DNA from: Myxococcota bacterium
GTDB lineage: Bacteria; Myxococcota_A; Polyangia; Nannocystales; Nannocystaceae
Direction of reading: 5' to 3'
Assembly: GCA_039028615.1 (NCBI GenBank)
Contig: JBCCHT010000049.1
Coordinates: forward strand, 29,514-93,513
Length of the DNA: 64,000 bases
Both the position numbers and the translations under genes were made by a program. Below, in pieces: positions 42,022-52,077 of this stretch (the first letter of the stretch is position 1; every line of letters starts with the position of its first letter). A model generated the notes under the pieces. That model was not told where the DNA came from. It made no database searches and saw nothing but the letters and a program-made list of their open reading frames with translations.

Positions 42022-42633
42022 TCACGGCCGCTCGACCTGATCGCGCATCGAACGGATCCAGCCGGCGAGCTCCGCCTCGCCGACGCTGGAGACCGCCCCG
42101 GTGGAGGGCTGAGCGTCGACGCGGGTGAGCAGGGCCTTGCGGGCGCTGCGGAGCCGGGTGCGGACGGTGCCCTCGGGGACCTCGAGCACCCGGGCCAAGT
42201 CGGCCCCGCTGAGCCCCTCCCAGTAGAACAGCTCGAGCGCGATCTGGTGGTCGAGTGGGATCTCGCGCAGGGCCTTCATCAGCCGTTTTCGTTGGCCGCG
42301 CTCATGGGCCAGCTCGCTCGGGGTGGGCCCGAGGTCGGCCATCGAGCTCACGGTGAAATCGATGACGTCGTTGCGAAGCGAGCGGCGCAGGAACTGGCGC
42401 AGATGATTGCGAGCGATGGAAAACAGGTAGGTGCGGAAGGAGCTGAGCTTGCGGAAATCGTCGCGGGCTTCCACGCAGGCCATGAAGGTACCCTGCACCA
42501 AGTCGTCGACCTCGCGGTCGAGCTTGGTGCGAAAGAACGCGTACACTGCATCGAAGTGACGCTCGACGAGTGCATTGCCGGCGGCCTGGTCGCCCGACCG
42601 CCACGCATCGATGAGCTCGAAGTCCGACGGCAC
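42022..42633 (-). CDS. ECF RNA polymerase sigma factor (paralog of 23361..23915)
   Basis: SDFELIDAWRSGD, DDLVQGTF, FRTYLFSIARN, IALELFYWEGLSG.....L....GTVRTRL. Confidence 0.93.
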   Translation of the reverse strand: MPSDFELIDAWRSGDQAAGNALVERHFDAVYAFFRTKLDREVDDLVQGTFMACVEARDDFRKLSSFRTYLFSIARNHLRQFLRRSLRNDVIDFTVSSMADLGPTPSELAHERGQRKRLMKALREIPLDHQIALELFYWEGLSGADLARVLEVPEGTVRTRLRSARKALLTRVDAQPSTGAVSSVGEAELAGWIRSMRDQVERP

Positions 42634-42659
42634 GTCACGACGGTAACAGGAAGGGTCCG

Positions 42660-45248
42660 GTGAGCCAACGCGACGACGATGCCGACGCGCGGGCGCTGCT
42701 CGGCTCGGCTCCGGTGATCGACGCGCTGGATCGTCACGCCGCGCGGGCCGAGGTCATGCGTCGGATGTTCGGGGCGCAGACCAAGGCGCGCGAGCTGGGG
42801 CGCTTCGAGGTGAGGGGGCGGATCGGGGCGGGGTCGATGGGCAACGTGTATCGGGCCTTCGATCCCGAGCTCGGGCGCATGGCGGCGATCAAGACCATCG
42901 CGGACGGCCGCCTGGCGCCCCGTCATCGAGAGCGCGTACTCACCGAGGCTCGCTCCCTGGCGCAGCTGTCTCACCCGAACGTGGTCACGATCTACGACGT
43001 GATGGTGATCGACGAGCAGGTACTGCTGGTCATGGAGCTGGTGGACGGCACCACGCTGCGGGAGTGGTTTCATCAGGCACGCCCCGATGCGGTAGCGGTG
43101 CTCGATGCGCTGGGACAAGCCGCGCGGGGAGTCGCGGCGGCCCACGCCGCGGGCATCGTGCACGGCGATCTCAAGCCGGAGAACCTGCTGCGCTCCGAGG
43201 ATGGCCGGGTGCGCGTGGCCGACTTCGGGCTGGCTCGCTCGACGGATGGGTTGCCCGAGGTCGAGACCCCGCTGCCCGCGGAACCTCGCGCCGACGCCGA
43301 GGCCTCCGCGACCCCAGCGACCTGGCGTGGCTCTCCGACCTATCTCGCCCCGGCTCAGCTTCGCGGCGAGATGCCGGATGCGTCCAGCGATCAGTACGCG
43401 CTGTGTGTGACCGTGTTCGAGGGTCTCTACGGTCGGCGGCCCCACCCCGATCCGAGCAGCGACGACGAGCAGGGCTGGATCGAGGCCCGACAGCGACCGC
43501 TCGCGCAGCCTGCCGAGGGCCCGTCGCTCGGCGCGGCGCAGTGGCGAGCTGTGGCGCGCGGGCTCGAGCCCGACCCGCGTCGCCGCCATTCGTCGGTGCT
43601 CGCCCTCGCCGAGGCGCTCACCCGGACCCCGTCGTCGTGGCGAGGGTGGGCGGCGGTCACCGGGGTCGGGGCGCTCGCGATGCTCGGGGTGGCGATGGCT
43701 CCGGTCGCCCCCGAGCCCCCCGCGTGCGAAGAGGGGGCCACGGCGCTCGAACGGGTTTGGACTGCCTCCGCCCGTAGCCGCGTCGCTTCGGCGCTGGCCG
43801 GTGATGCCCCTTCGGTCGAGCCCGCCGCGGTCGCGTTTCTGGATGATTGGGCCGGGCAGTGGTCCTCGGCGTATGTCGAGGCCTGCACGCTGGCGCCGTC
43901 CGACGCCGAGACTTTCGATCGGACGATGGGGTGCCTGCGCGGGCATCGACACGAGTTCGAGGCCGCGGTGCAGGTGCTGGCCGAGGCCGACCTGGCGGCG
44001 GCTCGACGGGGAGCGACGGTGGTGGAGGCCCTGGGAGCGCCGAAGCGATGCTCCAGCGATGCCGATGCACCCGAGCCCTATCCCGAAGCGCTCGCGGGAC
44101 CCATGGCCTCGGCGTGGGCGTTGTTCCGCGCGGGGCGGGACGCGGACGCACGTCGGGCCGTGGATGCGCTGCCCATCGACCGCGGGGGGTCACGAGCCGA
44201 GGCCGAGTCGATGCTGCTGCGGGCGCTCCTCGACACGACCGGGGGCGACGCCGCCTCGGCGTCGGACGGGCTCGAGCGGGCGTTCGGGGTGGCGAAGGCG
44301 AACCGACACGACGACCTCGCCCTGCGGGCCGCGATCAAGCTGGTGCGGGTCAACGCGCACGAACTCGCCGAGATCGACGCCGCGCGCGGCTGGCTGGAGC
44401 ACGCGCGGGCCCTGGCGACGGGACGTGAGCGCGATGTCGAGGTCGAGCTGCGCACGGTCAGCGGGGTGCTGGAGCTGGCGGCGGGCAACCCGGGCGAGGC
44501 GCGTGAGCATTTCGAGGCCGCGCTGGCCGAGCATCGAGCGGGGGACGGCGGCGATTGGACGGAGGCCTACCTGCTCGAGCGACTGGGCGTGCTGGCGAAG
44601 GAACAGGGGCGCTACGAGGACGCCGTCGGCCTGCATCAGCGGGCGATCGAGCTGCGGCGTCGGCTCGTGCACGCGGGGCATCCCGACCTCGGAGAGTCGA
44701 TCTTCAACCTGGGTACGGCGCAGCAAGCCCTGGGACAGACCGAACAGGCCCGTCGCTCACTGAGCGAGGCGCGGACGATCTTGGAGCAGGCCCTCGGGGC
44801 CGAACACCCGTTGCTGGGCACGGTGTTCAACAACCTGGGGATGCTCGAAGGCGGGGCCGGAGACGATGCCGCGGCGCTGAAACACTTCGAGCGGGCGTTG
44901 GCGGTCGTGCAGGCGGGCGCCGAGCGAGACAGCCCGGTGGCGGCCACGATTTTGCTGAACTCCGGGTTGGCGTTGCTGGCCCTGCAGCGACCCGACGAAG
45001 CCCGCGCTCGCATGACACGGGCGCTCCGCCTGCTCGAGGACCGACTCGGGCCCGACCACGTGGAGGTGGCGTTTGCCGCCCATGGCCTCGGGAAGCTCGA
45101 GATGGACACGGGGCGCGTAGAGCAGGCCCTGCCTCTGCTGGACCGTGCGCTGAACATCGCCACCACGGCGGCGGGGCCCGAGCACCCCATCGTGGTGGAG
45201 TTTCAGCGAGATCGCGACGCTGCCGCGGAAGCGTTGGAGCGCGACTAG
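42660..45248 (+). CDS. Ser/Thr protein kinase (non-RD) with TM segment and TPRs
   Basis: GAGSMG, AAIK, HGDLKPEN, DFG, GSPTYLAPAQ (APE changed to APA); TPRs. Confidence 0.92.
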   Translation: MSQRDDDADARALLGSAPVIDALDRHAARAEVMRRMFGAQTKARELGRFEVRGRIGAGSMGNVYRAFDPELGRMAAIKTIADGRLAPRHRERVLTEARSLAQLSHPNVVTIYDVMVIDEQVLLVMELVDGTTLREWFHQARPDAVAVLDALGQAARGVAAAHAAGIVHGDLKPENLLRSEDGRVRVADFGLARSTDGLPEVETPLPAEPRADAEASATPATWRGSPTYLAPAQLRGEMPDASSDQYALCVTVFEGLYGRRPHPDPSSDDEQGWIEARQRPLAQPAEGPSLGAAQWRAVARGLEPDPRRRHSSVLALAEALTRTPSSWRGWAAVTGVGALAMLGVAMAPVAPEPPACEEGATALERVWTASARSRVASALAGDAPSVEPAAVAFLDDWAGQWSSAYVEACTLAPSDAETFDRTMGCLRGHRHEFEAAVQVLAEADLAAARRGATVVEALGAPKRCSSDADAPEPYPEALAGPMASAWALFRAGRDADARRAVDALPIDRGGSRAEAESMLLRALLDTTGGDAASASDGLERAFGVAKANRHDDLALRAAIKLVRVNAHELAEIDAARGWLEHARALATGRERDVEVELRTVSGVLELAAGNPGEAREHFEAALAEHRAGDGGDWTEAYLLERLGVLAKEQGRYEDAVGLHQRAIELRRRLVHAGHPDLGESIFNLGTAQQALGQTEQARRSLSEARTILEQALGAEHPLLGTVFNNLGMLEGGAGDDAAALKHFERALAVVQAGAERDSPVAATILLNSGLALLALQRPDEARARMTRALRLLEDRLGPDHVEVAFAAHGLGKLEMDTGRVEQALPLLDRALNIATTAAGPEHPIVVEFQRDRDAAAEALERD

Positions 45249-45250
45249 CT

Positions 45251-45943
45251 CTACCGGCAGTCGCTCAGGTCGAAGCTGCAGTCGGGGTTGCAGCCGACGA
45301 CCCCGGTCATGAAGTCGAAGTCGACCAGGTCGGCGCATTGCAGCGTGTTGGTACCGTTGCCGGGGGCGGCGGGATCGCAGGCCTCGACCTCGCTCATGAT
45401 GAGTCCGTCGCCGCAGGAGCACAGGTCGATGTCGAACTCGCACAGCCCGTCGCAGCGGAGGATGCCCCCCGCGAACAGGCCCATGCTCTCGCAGGTCTCG
45501 CCGCCGAGGTCGTCGAGATCGCAGCTCTCGGTCTCGTCGCGCATGCCGTCGCCACAGACGGTGGGCGTGCCCGTGCTGGAGTCGCCACTGCTGCTCGACT
45601 CGCCGCCCGAGCCCAGCCCGGTGGAGTCACCGGCCGAAGTCGAGGAACCGGTGGCAGCCACCCCGGTGGAGCCGGTCGAGGTCAGGGCATCGGGCGGAAC
45701 GCACTGCCCGGCGAGGTTGGGTGAGGCATGCTCTCCGTAGGCGTAGCCGGAGGGGCAGTCGTCTTCCTCGAAGGCGCAGTACCCCGTGGACTCGCAGCGG
45801 CCGTCCGACACGTCGCCCAAGCATTCGCTGTCGCTCGAGCAGCGGAACTCGTCGGTCCCGGCGCACGAAAACGCCAGCGCCACGCCACAGGCGAGACCGC
45901 CGAGCCAACCCCATCGCATCCCCGCTGAGATCTTGGTCTTCAT
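45251..45943 (-). CDS. Cys-rich lipoprotein with Myxococcus-type CGDG repeats
   Basis: Lipobox AFSC; CGDG...ESCD and CGDG...EACD. Confidence 0.82.
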   Translation of the reverse strand: MKTKISAGMRWGWLGGLACGVALAFSCAGTDEFRCSSDSECLGDVSDGRCESTGYCAFEEDDCPSGYAYGEHASPNLAGQCVPPDALTSTGSTGVAATGSSTSAGDSTGLGSGGESSSSGDSSTGTPTVCGDGMRDETESCDLDDLGGETCESMGLFAGGILRCDGLCEFDIDLCSCGDGLIMSEVEACDPAAPGNGTNTLQCADLVDFDFMTGVVGCNPDCSFDLSDCR

Positions 45944-45949
45944 GGCGGC

Positions 45950-46966
45950 TCAGGGAGTGAGTTCGACGCGCTCGGCTTCGAAGTTCATGTGGAACCACCA
46001 GCCATCGAGGCCGCCGTCGGCGTCGCGGTCATCGTGCGCACACGTGATGTGCCCGGGGCCGCCCGGGCCGGCGGCGAGCAACTCGCTGATGGCGTGACCA
46101 CCGACGACGGGCAGGTCGTCGGGGAGCACGGTGGCTTGGGCCGAGGACACGGTGAGGAAGCCGCGCAAGAAACCCTCCACCAGGCCATCGGCGGGATCAC
46201 CCACGTACTGCGCGGCAGCGTTGGTCATCTGCAGGGCGAGCGGGAACTGGGGGAACTCGAGCGTGAAGGAGATGGCGCCCATCATGCGCAGGCAGGGGCC
46301 TTCGTCGGCGTCGGTGCCCGTGGGCAGCGGCACGTAGCCCTCGGGGCTGAGCTCGTCGGGATCGGGCAGCAAGCACGGCTCTCCGCCCTGCGGGTGATTG
46401 ACGTAGGGCGTCTCGGTGACGAGCTTGCCCGCACTGAAGGCGCAGGTGGTGGTCTCGACGGGCGCGGTGCAGTCCGCGGTGCCCATGCGTCCCTGCAGCG
46501 GACCGCAGGTGTGCGCCGGGGCCAGCGGATCGAGCTCGATCATGATGCCGAGCGAGAGCAGGCCGTCGGGCGGCAGGGTGTTGTCGTTGTTGAGGCCCGA
46601 GTTGATCTGCGCGTTGATTCCCTGCTCGGGTAGATCGGTGATGTCGACCGTGCACAGGCTGGGAGAGAACAAGTGCGGATCGCGGATGTTCAGCGAAGTA
46701 AAGCGAAACCGGGCGGGCTCCCCCTCGTTGGGGGCGTCGCAGGCCACCCCGGTCGCGTCGCCGCTGGTGGAATCCGCGGCGCTGGTGCTGGAGTCCGAGC
46801 CGGAGTCCCCACCCGAGTCGGCCGAGCTCGACTCGGCGGATGGGCTCGCGACGCCGGTCGGTGCGCCGAACGTACCGAAGACCGGGCCCTGCGGCAGTGC
46901 CTCGCCCCCGGAGCATGCGCTGCCTACGAGCAAGAGCAGCGTCGCGATCGCACCGGAGGACCTCAT
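45950..46966 (-). CDS. Lipoprotein of unknown function
   Basis: Lipobox GSAC; S-rich linker; LNIRDPH...DGLLSL domain. Confidence 0.8.
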   Translation of the reverse strand: MRSSGAIATLLLLVGSACSGGEALPQGPVFGTFGAPTGVASPSAESSSADSGGDSGSDSSTSAADSTSGDATGVACDAPNEGEPARFRFTSLNIRDPHLFSPSLCTVDITDLPEQGINAQINSGLNNDNTLPPDGLLSLGIMIELDPLAPAHTCGPLQGRMGTADCTAPVETTTCAFSAGKLVTETPYVNHPQGGEPCLLPDPDELSPEGYVPLPTGTDADEGPCLRMMGAISFTLEFPQFPLALQMTNAAAQYVGDPADGLVEGFLRGFLTVSSAQATVLPDDLPVVGGHAISELLAAGPGGPGHITCAHDDRDADGGLDGWWFHMNFEAERVELTP

Positions 46967-47077
46967 CAGTGAGCCTATCGATTCGATGCTACCACAGCGC
47001 TTCGAACGGGTTCGGTGTCGGTTCGGACGATGGGGTGCCTCGATGACGTCGGTCGTCGGGGAGCCTCGTCTTCGCCG

Positions 47078-48883
47078 TCACTCGTCCACCGGGGCAATGG
47101 CCACCTCGATCTCGGTCCAGTCCGACTCGGCGAAGAACCGGGCGCGGTAGCGCTGCCCCGTCTCGTCGGCGAAGTAGGTCACCGTCTCGCCTGCGGTGAT
47201 CGGCAGCTTCTCGTGCAAGGTGTCCGAGAGCCCGACGATGTGCGTGCCCGAGAGCTTGTCGCTCGGGGCCAGCGACGGACCGGCAAAGAAGCCGGGCGTG
47301 GCGAAGCGATAGGGCTCGGTCTGCGGCAGGTCGCCCGGGGCGGTGAAGAACACGTAGGGCCGCCCGTCTTCGCCGAGCCGGTAGTAGAAGTCGATGCCCA
47401 CGTTGTCTGGACGCGGGTCGCCGATGAGAAAGTCGGAGATCTCGGCCGATTGCTCGCGCAGGTAGGGGCGGACGGCTTCCTTGGCTTCGGCCCCGGTCAG
47501 CCCGACCGGGATGTCGCGCAGCTGCAGCGACACGTCGGCGGTGCCCTCGGGGAACTCGGCGAAGGGGGTGTCGTGCAGGGCGACCTGGGCGACCTCGAGC
47601 ACCGTCTCCCACAGGAACTGGTCTCGGGGCGGGTTCCCGAGGTTGAAGAGCACGTTGTACTGCAGCCAGCCGGGCGGGTTGCCGTTGTGGCCGATGTCGA
47701 CGCCGGCCGTGCCCAGCAAGTAGGAGACCGAGTACACGCGATCGCGATAGTCCTGGTAGGCCGCGGACGTGATCAGGGCCTCGGTGGCCCACGGATCCAG
47801 CGCCCACACCGAACTGGGACCCAGGGGTGCTCCCGGCAGGTTGAGCTTGCAGGCGTCGAGTCCGACGCACGAGCTCACGAAGTGGTCGTTTTCCTGCAAG
47901 CGGATGACCAGGTCGATGGTGAGGTCCTCGACGAGGCCGCCCACCGAGAAGCGCTCAGGGTCGTCGAAGTCGAACTCGAGCGCGTCGCCGAACGTCGGCC
48001 CGGTGAGGTCGGCGACGGCGGTGGCGTAGGTCTTGCCGACGCTGGCATCGATGGCGTCGAGCACCCGCATATTCGATCGGGCCTTGGCGAACATCTCGAA
48101 GTCGGGGCCGAGGACCTCGCCGTAGGTGATGCTCCCGGGAGCGACGACCCCCGGGTGGGCCCCGGCGGGACCCAGACGAGCCCCCAGCGACGTCATGTCG
48201 CTCAGGGCGTCCTCGAGGGTGACCTCGAGTGTTCCGGTGGCGTCGACGGAGGGATGCGTCGCGAGGAAGTCGTGGCGGAACGCGGTGACCAGCGCGGGAA
48301 TGGAGACCACGGTCTGGTTCCGCGGGGTGCCCAGGGCGTCCGCCAGGATGGTGCTGTAGTCGTCGATGATCCACAGGCCATCGGCGAGCTCTTGGAGCCC
48401 TTGGCTGGTGGTGCCGGTCACCACCACGTTGGCGGGGGTCATGGTCAGCAGGCGGACCATGGAGTACTCGGAGCTGGTCTCCCAGCGCCCATCGGCGCCC
48501 TGGAAGGTCTGCCCCAACGGAGTCTGCGTGCAGTCGTGGTCGGGGTTGGGGTCGTCGTCTTGCCACTGGGTACCGCAGGAATCTCGAACTTCGAGCAGGG
48601 CATGGGTGAGCAGCGGCCCCGGATCGATCTCGAGCAAGGTGATGTCGGCGGCTCGATCGCCGAAGAGTTCCTCCACCTCGTCGCGGTTCATCTGCAGCGT
48701 CAGCTCGGGCGCAGGCGACTCGTCGAGCGTGAGGGTGTAGCGTTCTTCGCCCTCGATCTCGTCGAGCTCGCCGGCGTCATCGCCGTCGGCGATGCCCCCG
48801 AACGCGTTGTCGCTGCGCCCGGATGGCTCGATGCCGCATGCCACCAATGACATCCACATCACCATCGATCCGATCCAACGCAT
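47078..48883 (-). CDS. Large lipoprotein of unknown function
   Basis: Lipobox LVAC; 601-aa ORF with strong GC3 bias. Confidence 0.85.
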   Translation of the reverse strand: MRWIGSMVMWMSLVACGIEPSGRSDNAFGGIADGDDAGELDEIEGEERYTLTLDESPAPELTLQMNRDEVEELFGDRAADITLLEIDPGPLLTHALLEVRDSCGTQWQDDDPNPDHDCTQTPLGQTFQGADGRWETSSEYSMVRLLTMTPANVVVTGTTSQGLQELADGLWIIDDYSTILADALGTPRNQTVVSIPALVTAFRHDFLATHPSVDATGTLEVTLEDALSDMTSLGARLGPAGAHPGVVAPGSITYGEVLGPDFEMFAKARSNMRVLDAIDASVGKTYATAVADLTGPTFGDALEFDFDDPERFSVGGLVEDLTIDLVIRLQENDHFVSSCVGLDACKLNLPGAPLGPSSVWALDPWATEALITSAAYQDYRDRVYSVSYLLGTAGVDIGHNGNPPGWLQYNVLFNLGNPPRDQFLWETVLEVAQVALHDTPFAEFPEGTADVSLQLRDIPVGLTGAEAKEAVRPYLREQSAEISDFLIGDPRPDNVGIDFYYRLGEDGRPYVFFTAPGDLPQTEPYRFATPGFFAGPSLAPSDKLSGTHIVGLSDTLHEKLPITAGETVTYFADETGQRYRARFFAESDWTEIEVAIAPVDE

Positions 48884-48999
48884 GCGGATTAATGTATGAA
48901 TATGCTACATGTAGGTCAAGATGTAATTCATGTGTCCGATGGGTCGGACCGCGACGACGAATTGTGCAATTGGGCAAGTTGCCCAAACGAATTGCCCAA
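48884..48999. promoter_or_regulatory. AT-rich promoter region with CTACATGTAG palindrome and four TTGNNCAA boxes
   Basis: CTACATGTAG at 48905-48914; TTGTGCAA 48962, TTGGGCAA 48970, TTGCCCAA 48979, TTGCCCAA 48992. Confidence 0.55.
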
Positions 49000-49019
49000 C
49001 GATGCGCGACCGACTCGAG

Positions 49020-49550
49020 TCAGGTCTTCGCGCGTGCGTCTCGGGCCTCTCGGACCCAGTAGCGCTCCAGCAGCGTGGGATCGAGGGTCCCGCCGGCCAG
49101 CACCAGATCCCACATCAGCTCGCCCATGGCACTACGGTGGGGAGGACACCATTGCTGCGCGCGGTGGGTGCCTCGTGCCGGATCGTAGACGTCGGTGGTG
49201 ACGGTGTGGCCATCCATCCCGGTGGACGCTCGGTCGGTCAGCGCCCACGCCGTATCGTTCATGTGACGGCTGAGAGTGGCCTCGTGCTCGGTGAGCGCTC
49301 GGCCGGTGTACACGCGGCGCGTGGGATCCGGGGTCGGGGGCGTCCCCTCGGCCACGGCCTTCTTCATGATGTCGACGGTCTGCGATCCAGAGATGATGAC
49401 GTTCAGCGACAACGCGGGGCCTGCGGCGATGACGGTGACGAACACCACGGGCTCCCAGACCGCGGCGACGGCGAGCCGCAGTCGAGGTTCGGGTCCTCGA
49501 AGTGGCGGCAGGCCGAGGATGACCTCCACGAACTCTTCGTACTGCGACAT
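49020..49550 (-). CDS. Hypothetical protein
   Basis: ORF from MSQYEEF; no recognisable motif. Confidence 0.5.
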   Translation of the reverse strand: MSQYEEFVEVILGLPPLRGPEPRLRLAVAAVWEPVVFVTVIAAGPALSLNVIISGSQTVDIMKKAVAEGTPPTPDPTRRVYTGRALTEHEATLSRHMNDTAWALTDRASTGMDGHTVTTDVYDPARGTHRAQQWCPPHRSAMGELMWDLVLAGGTLDPTLLERYWVREARDARAKT

Positions 49551-49666
49551 CTCTAGCAGTGTACCGAAAGGGCCACTTCGCCGGGTCACACTGTGGATGT
49601 CCGTGGCACTTTCGGTGCGCGACCGATCACATTGAAAGCGCGTTCATCATGCTACGACCGATCGCG

Positions 49667-50107
49667 ATGAAGAACGTCAACGATCCCACCGAAGCGATCC
49701 GTCGTCAGATCGAGGCCTTCAATGCTCGCGACAAGGAGGCCTTCCGGGCGACCTTGTGCGACGACGTCGAGTACATCGAGGTTGCCTTTGGTCGGCGTAC
49801 CACCACCGCGGACGAGATGGTCGAGTCGGCGTTTGCGTTCCTTCCCGTGTGGCCCAATGTCCAGGCAGAGGTCATCAATGCGTTCGCGTCGGGGGACCAG
49901 GGCGCGGTGGAGCTGCGCTGGAAGGGCACGCACACGGGCACCTTCGAGATGCCCGGTCTGAGGCTGCCGCCCAGCAACCACGAGTTCGATTTCAAGGCGG
50001 TCATGATCGTGGAGGGGCGCGAGGGCAAGGTCGCGCGCTGCACCTACTACTTCGACGTGTTCGGCATGTTCCAGAACATGGGCGCGACGATCTCCGGCCC
50101 CCAGTAG
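49667..50107 (+). CDS. SnoaL-like ester cyclase / NTF2-fold protein
   Basis: AFNARD...GDQGAVE..WKGTHTG.F...PPS...F...GKV....YFD. Confidence 0.88.
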   Translation: MKNVNDPTEAIRRQIEAFNARDKEAFRATLCDDVEYIEVAFGRRTTTADEMVESAFAFLPVWPNVQAEVINAFASGDQGAVELRWKGTHTGTFEMPGLRLPPSNHEFDFKAVMIVEGREGKVARCTYYFDVFGMFQNMGATISGPQ

Positions 50108-50168
50108 CGGGGCGAACGCGGTTTGGTCGCGGTGCCTCGGACGGGCTCGGCGGAGTACACTGTCCGAG

Positions 50169-51422
50169 ATGAGCGCGCGTCGGTGGTCACTGCTCGTGCT
50201 GGCGGCCGGGTGCAGCGCGACGAATCCGCTCTACGAGCCGTCGACGGGCGGCGGCTCGGGCAGTGGTGGCGCCACGGGGCCGGCGACGACGGTCGGCTCC
50301 GACTCCATCGGCGGCACGAGCCAGGGGGCGACCGGCGACGGGACCGTCACCGACTCGGGGCTCTCTTCGACCGGCGCCGAAGAGTCCGATTCGACGGAGG
50401 GCGAGCCCGATTGCCGGGGCCTGGTGCATGTCCAGCTCTCGGAGTCGACCAAGCCCCAGGTGCCCCGCCCTGTCCCGACCCCGGCCGGGCCCGTCGTGTT
50501 CTTCGTCGACTCCAACCTCGCGGCGGGCGCGATGCTCTCGGTCGCGAGGTTCTTCGACGGGGTGCAGCCCGGCATCGAGGAACTCGCGGGGCCTTGGGCC
50601 GTCGATCGCTCGTTCATCATGGCCGCGGGCGGGGCGGGCCTGGGCGTCGTGCTCGATTCTCCCGCCGTCTTGCTCACCGTCGAGCCGGGCTTGGGGGTGA
50701 TCGAGGAGCGGCCGCTGTACGGCCTCGACCAGTTCACCATCAGCGGTTTGGTACGCATGGGCAGCGACTGGCTGATCCCCACCATCGGCGGCGAGGATTT
50801 CGTGCTTCTGCGCTACCCGGATGGGCTGCAGATGAACGACGTCGGCATTCCCGAGACAGGGGTGTCCTGGGTGGCGGGCGGCGGCGACGAAGACGGCGTG
50901 GTGTACATCTACCGGCTCGCGTCGGGTCCGACCTGCTTCGCGATGTCGCTGACGCCGACCTCCGACGAGTTCGGCAAGGCCGACCTGCTCACCGCAGGCG
51001 AGTGCCTGGCTCCGACGCTCGCGTTCGTCAACGGCTCGGGTGGCTTGGCGACCTACTACCGCGGCGAGGAGGGCCCCTCCACGATCCTAGGCCAGCGGCT
51101 GGGCCCCACCGGCTTGCCCCTGAACGCGGGCGGCGAGTTCGTGATCGCCTCGGGTGAGGACCTCCATCATCCGGCGGTCCAGCGGCTGCCGTCGGGCAAC
51201 TACTGGGTGGTGTGGGACGACGAAGGGGCCATGCAGGCGGCGGAGCTCGACGGCGCCGACCCGTCGGTGCTGCTGCACGACACGACCCACTTCGGGGGGC
51301 CCACCACGTTCCGCAAGCGCACCTTCGTCGTCGATGGGCACCCGGCCGTCGCGTTCCATCTCGCATCGGCGAACGCCGAGGGCATCGGGGTCCACGTCGT
51401 CATCGATTGCGACGCGGGCTGA
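50169..51422 (+). CDS. Lipoprotein with G/S/T-rich linker and a beta-rich domain
   Basis: Lipobox AAGC followed by SATNPLY (compare TAANPNF in 39339..40181). Confidence 0.8.
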   Translation: MSARRWSLLVLAAGCSATNPLYEPSTGGGSGSGGATGPATTVGSDSIGGTSQGATGDGTVTDSGLSSTGAEESDSTEGEPDCRGLVHVQLSESTKPQVPRPVPTPAGPVVFFVDSNLAAGAMLSVARFFDGVQPGIEELAGPWAVDRSFIMAAGGAGLGVVLDSPAVLLTVEPGLGVIEERPLYGLDQFTISGLVRMGSDWLIPTIGGEDFVLLRYPDGLQMNDVGIPETGVSWVAGGGDEDGVVYIYRLASGPTCFAMSLTPTSDEFGKADLLTAGECLAPTLAFVNGSGGLATYYRGEEGPSTILGQRLGPTGLPLNAGGEFVIASGEDLHHPAVQRLPSGNYWVVWDDEGAMQAAELDGADPSVLLHDTTHFGGPTTFRKRTFVVDGHPAVAFHLASANAEGIGVHVVIDCDAG

Positions 51423-51434
51423 GCCGGCCGCGCC

Positions 51435-51869
51435 TCAGCCCTTCAGCGTGTCGGGCGTCGGCTCGTTTCGGCGTCGCATCACGCCCAGCACTTCGGCGCC
51501 GGCTTCCGACGCCAGGTCGAGCACCTCGACCGCGGTGCCGTATTTCGCCTGGGAGTCGAAGTCGACGAACACGACCTTCTTGTCGCGTACCTCGAGCTGG
51601 CGCTGGAGCGCGTCGAACAGCCGCGTACGATCGAGCGGCTCCTGGTTGAGCGTGAGACCGCCGTTTTCGGTCAGGCCCACGACGAGCGGCTGAACCCGGG
51701 GGGCGTCGTTTCGCGGGGTCCCCTCGGGCGGTACGCGGACGGATATCTCAGGGACCGATTGCGGCACCATCACCATGAAGATGATGAGCAGCACCAGGCA
51801 CACGTCTACCAACGGGGTTACATTGATCTCGCTATTGGCTCCGCCCTTGCCACCGGCTGACATACCCAT
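51435..51869 (-). CDS. ExbD/TolR family protein (orphan)
   Basis: EINVTPLVDVCLVLLIIFMV with the conserved TM Asp. Confidence 0.93.
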   Translation of the reverse strand: MGMSAGGKGGANSEINVTPLVDVCLVLLIIFMVMVPQSVPEISVRVPPEGTPRNDAPRVQPLVVGLTENGGLTLNQEPLDRTRLFDALQRQLEVRDKKVVFVDFDSQAKYGTAVEVLDLASEAGAEVLGVMRRRNEPTPDTLKG

Positions 51870-52077
51870 GGGCGCCTCCTCGAGTGCACGGGGTTTTCAC
51901 CGTGCCCTCATGGGGCAATCAACGAGAGCGTCGGGACTTCTTACAGTCGGTTCACGTCAGGCGCGGAGCGCAGGTGCGCATCGTCGATCGTGGGCCGAGA
52001 ATCTGTCCCCTGGCCCGTGATGAGAGGGCGGCGAGGCGCCGCTGTCCGAGGTTTGGTAGATCCGTAGCGCTCCACCC

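Noticed and set aside
37270..50107. Terpene synthase + SnoaL cyclase as one biosynthetic cluster
   Set aside because: More than 11 kb apart with unrelated genes between; no precursor or tailoring genes.
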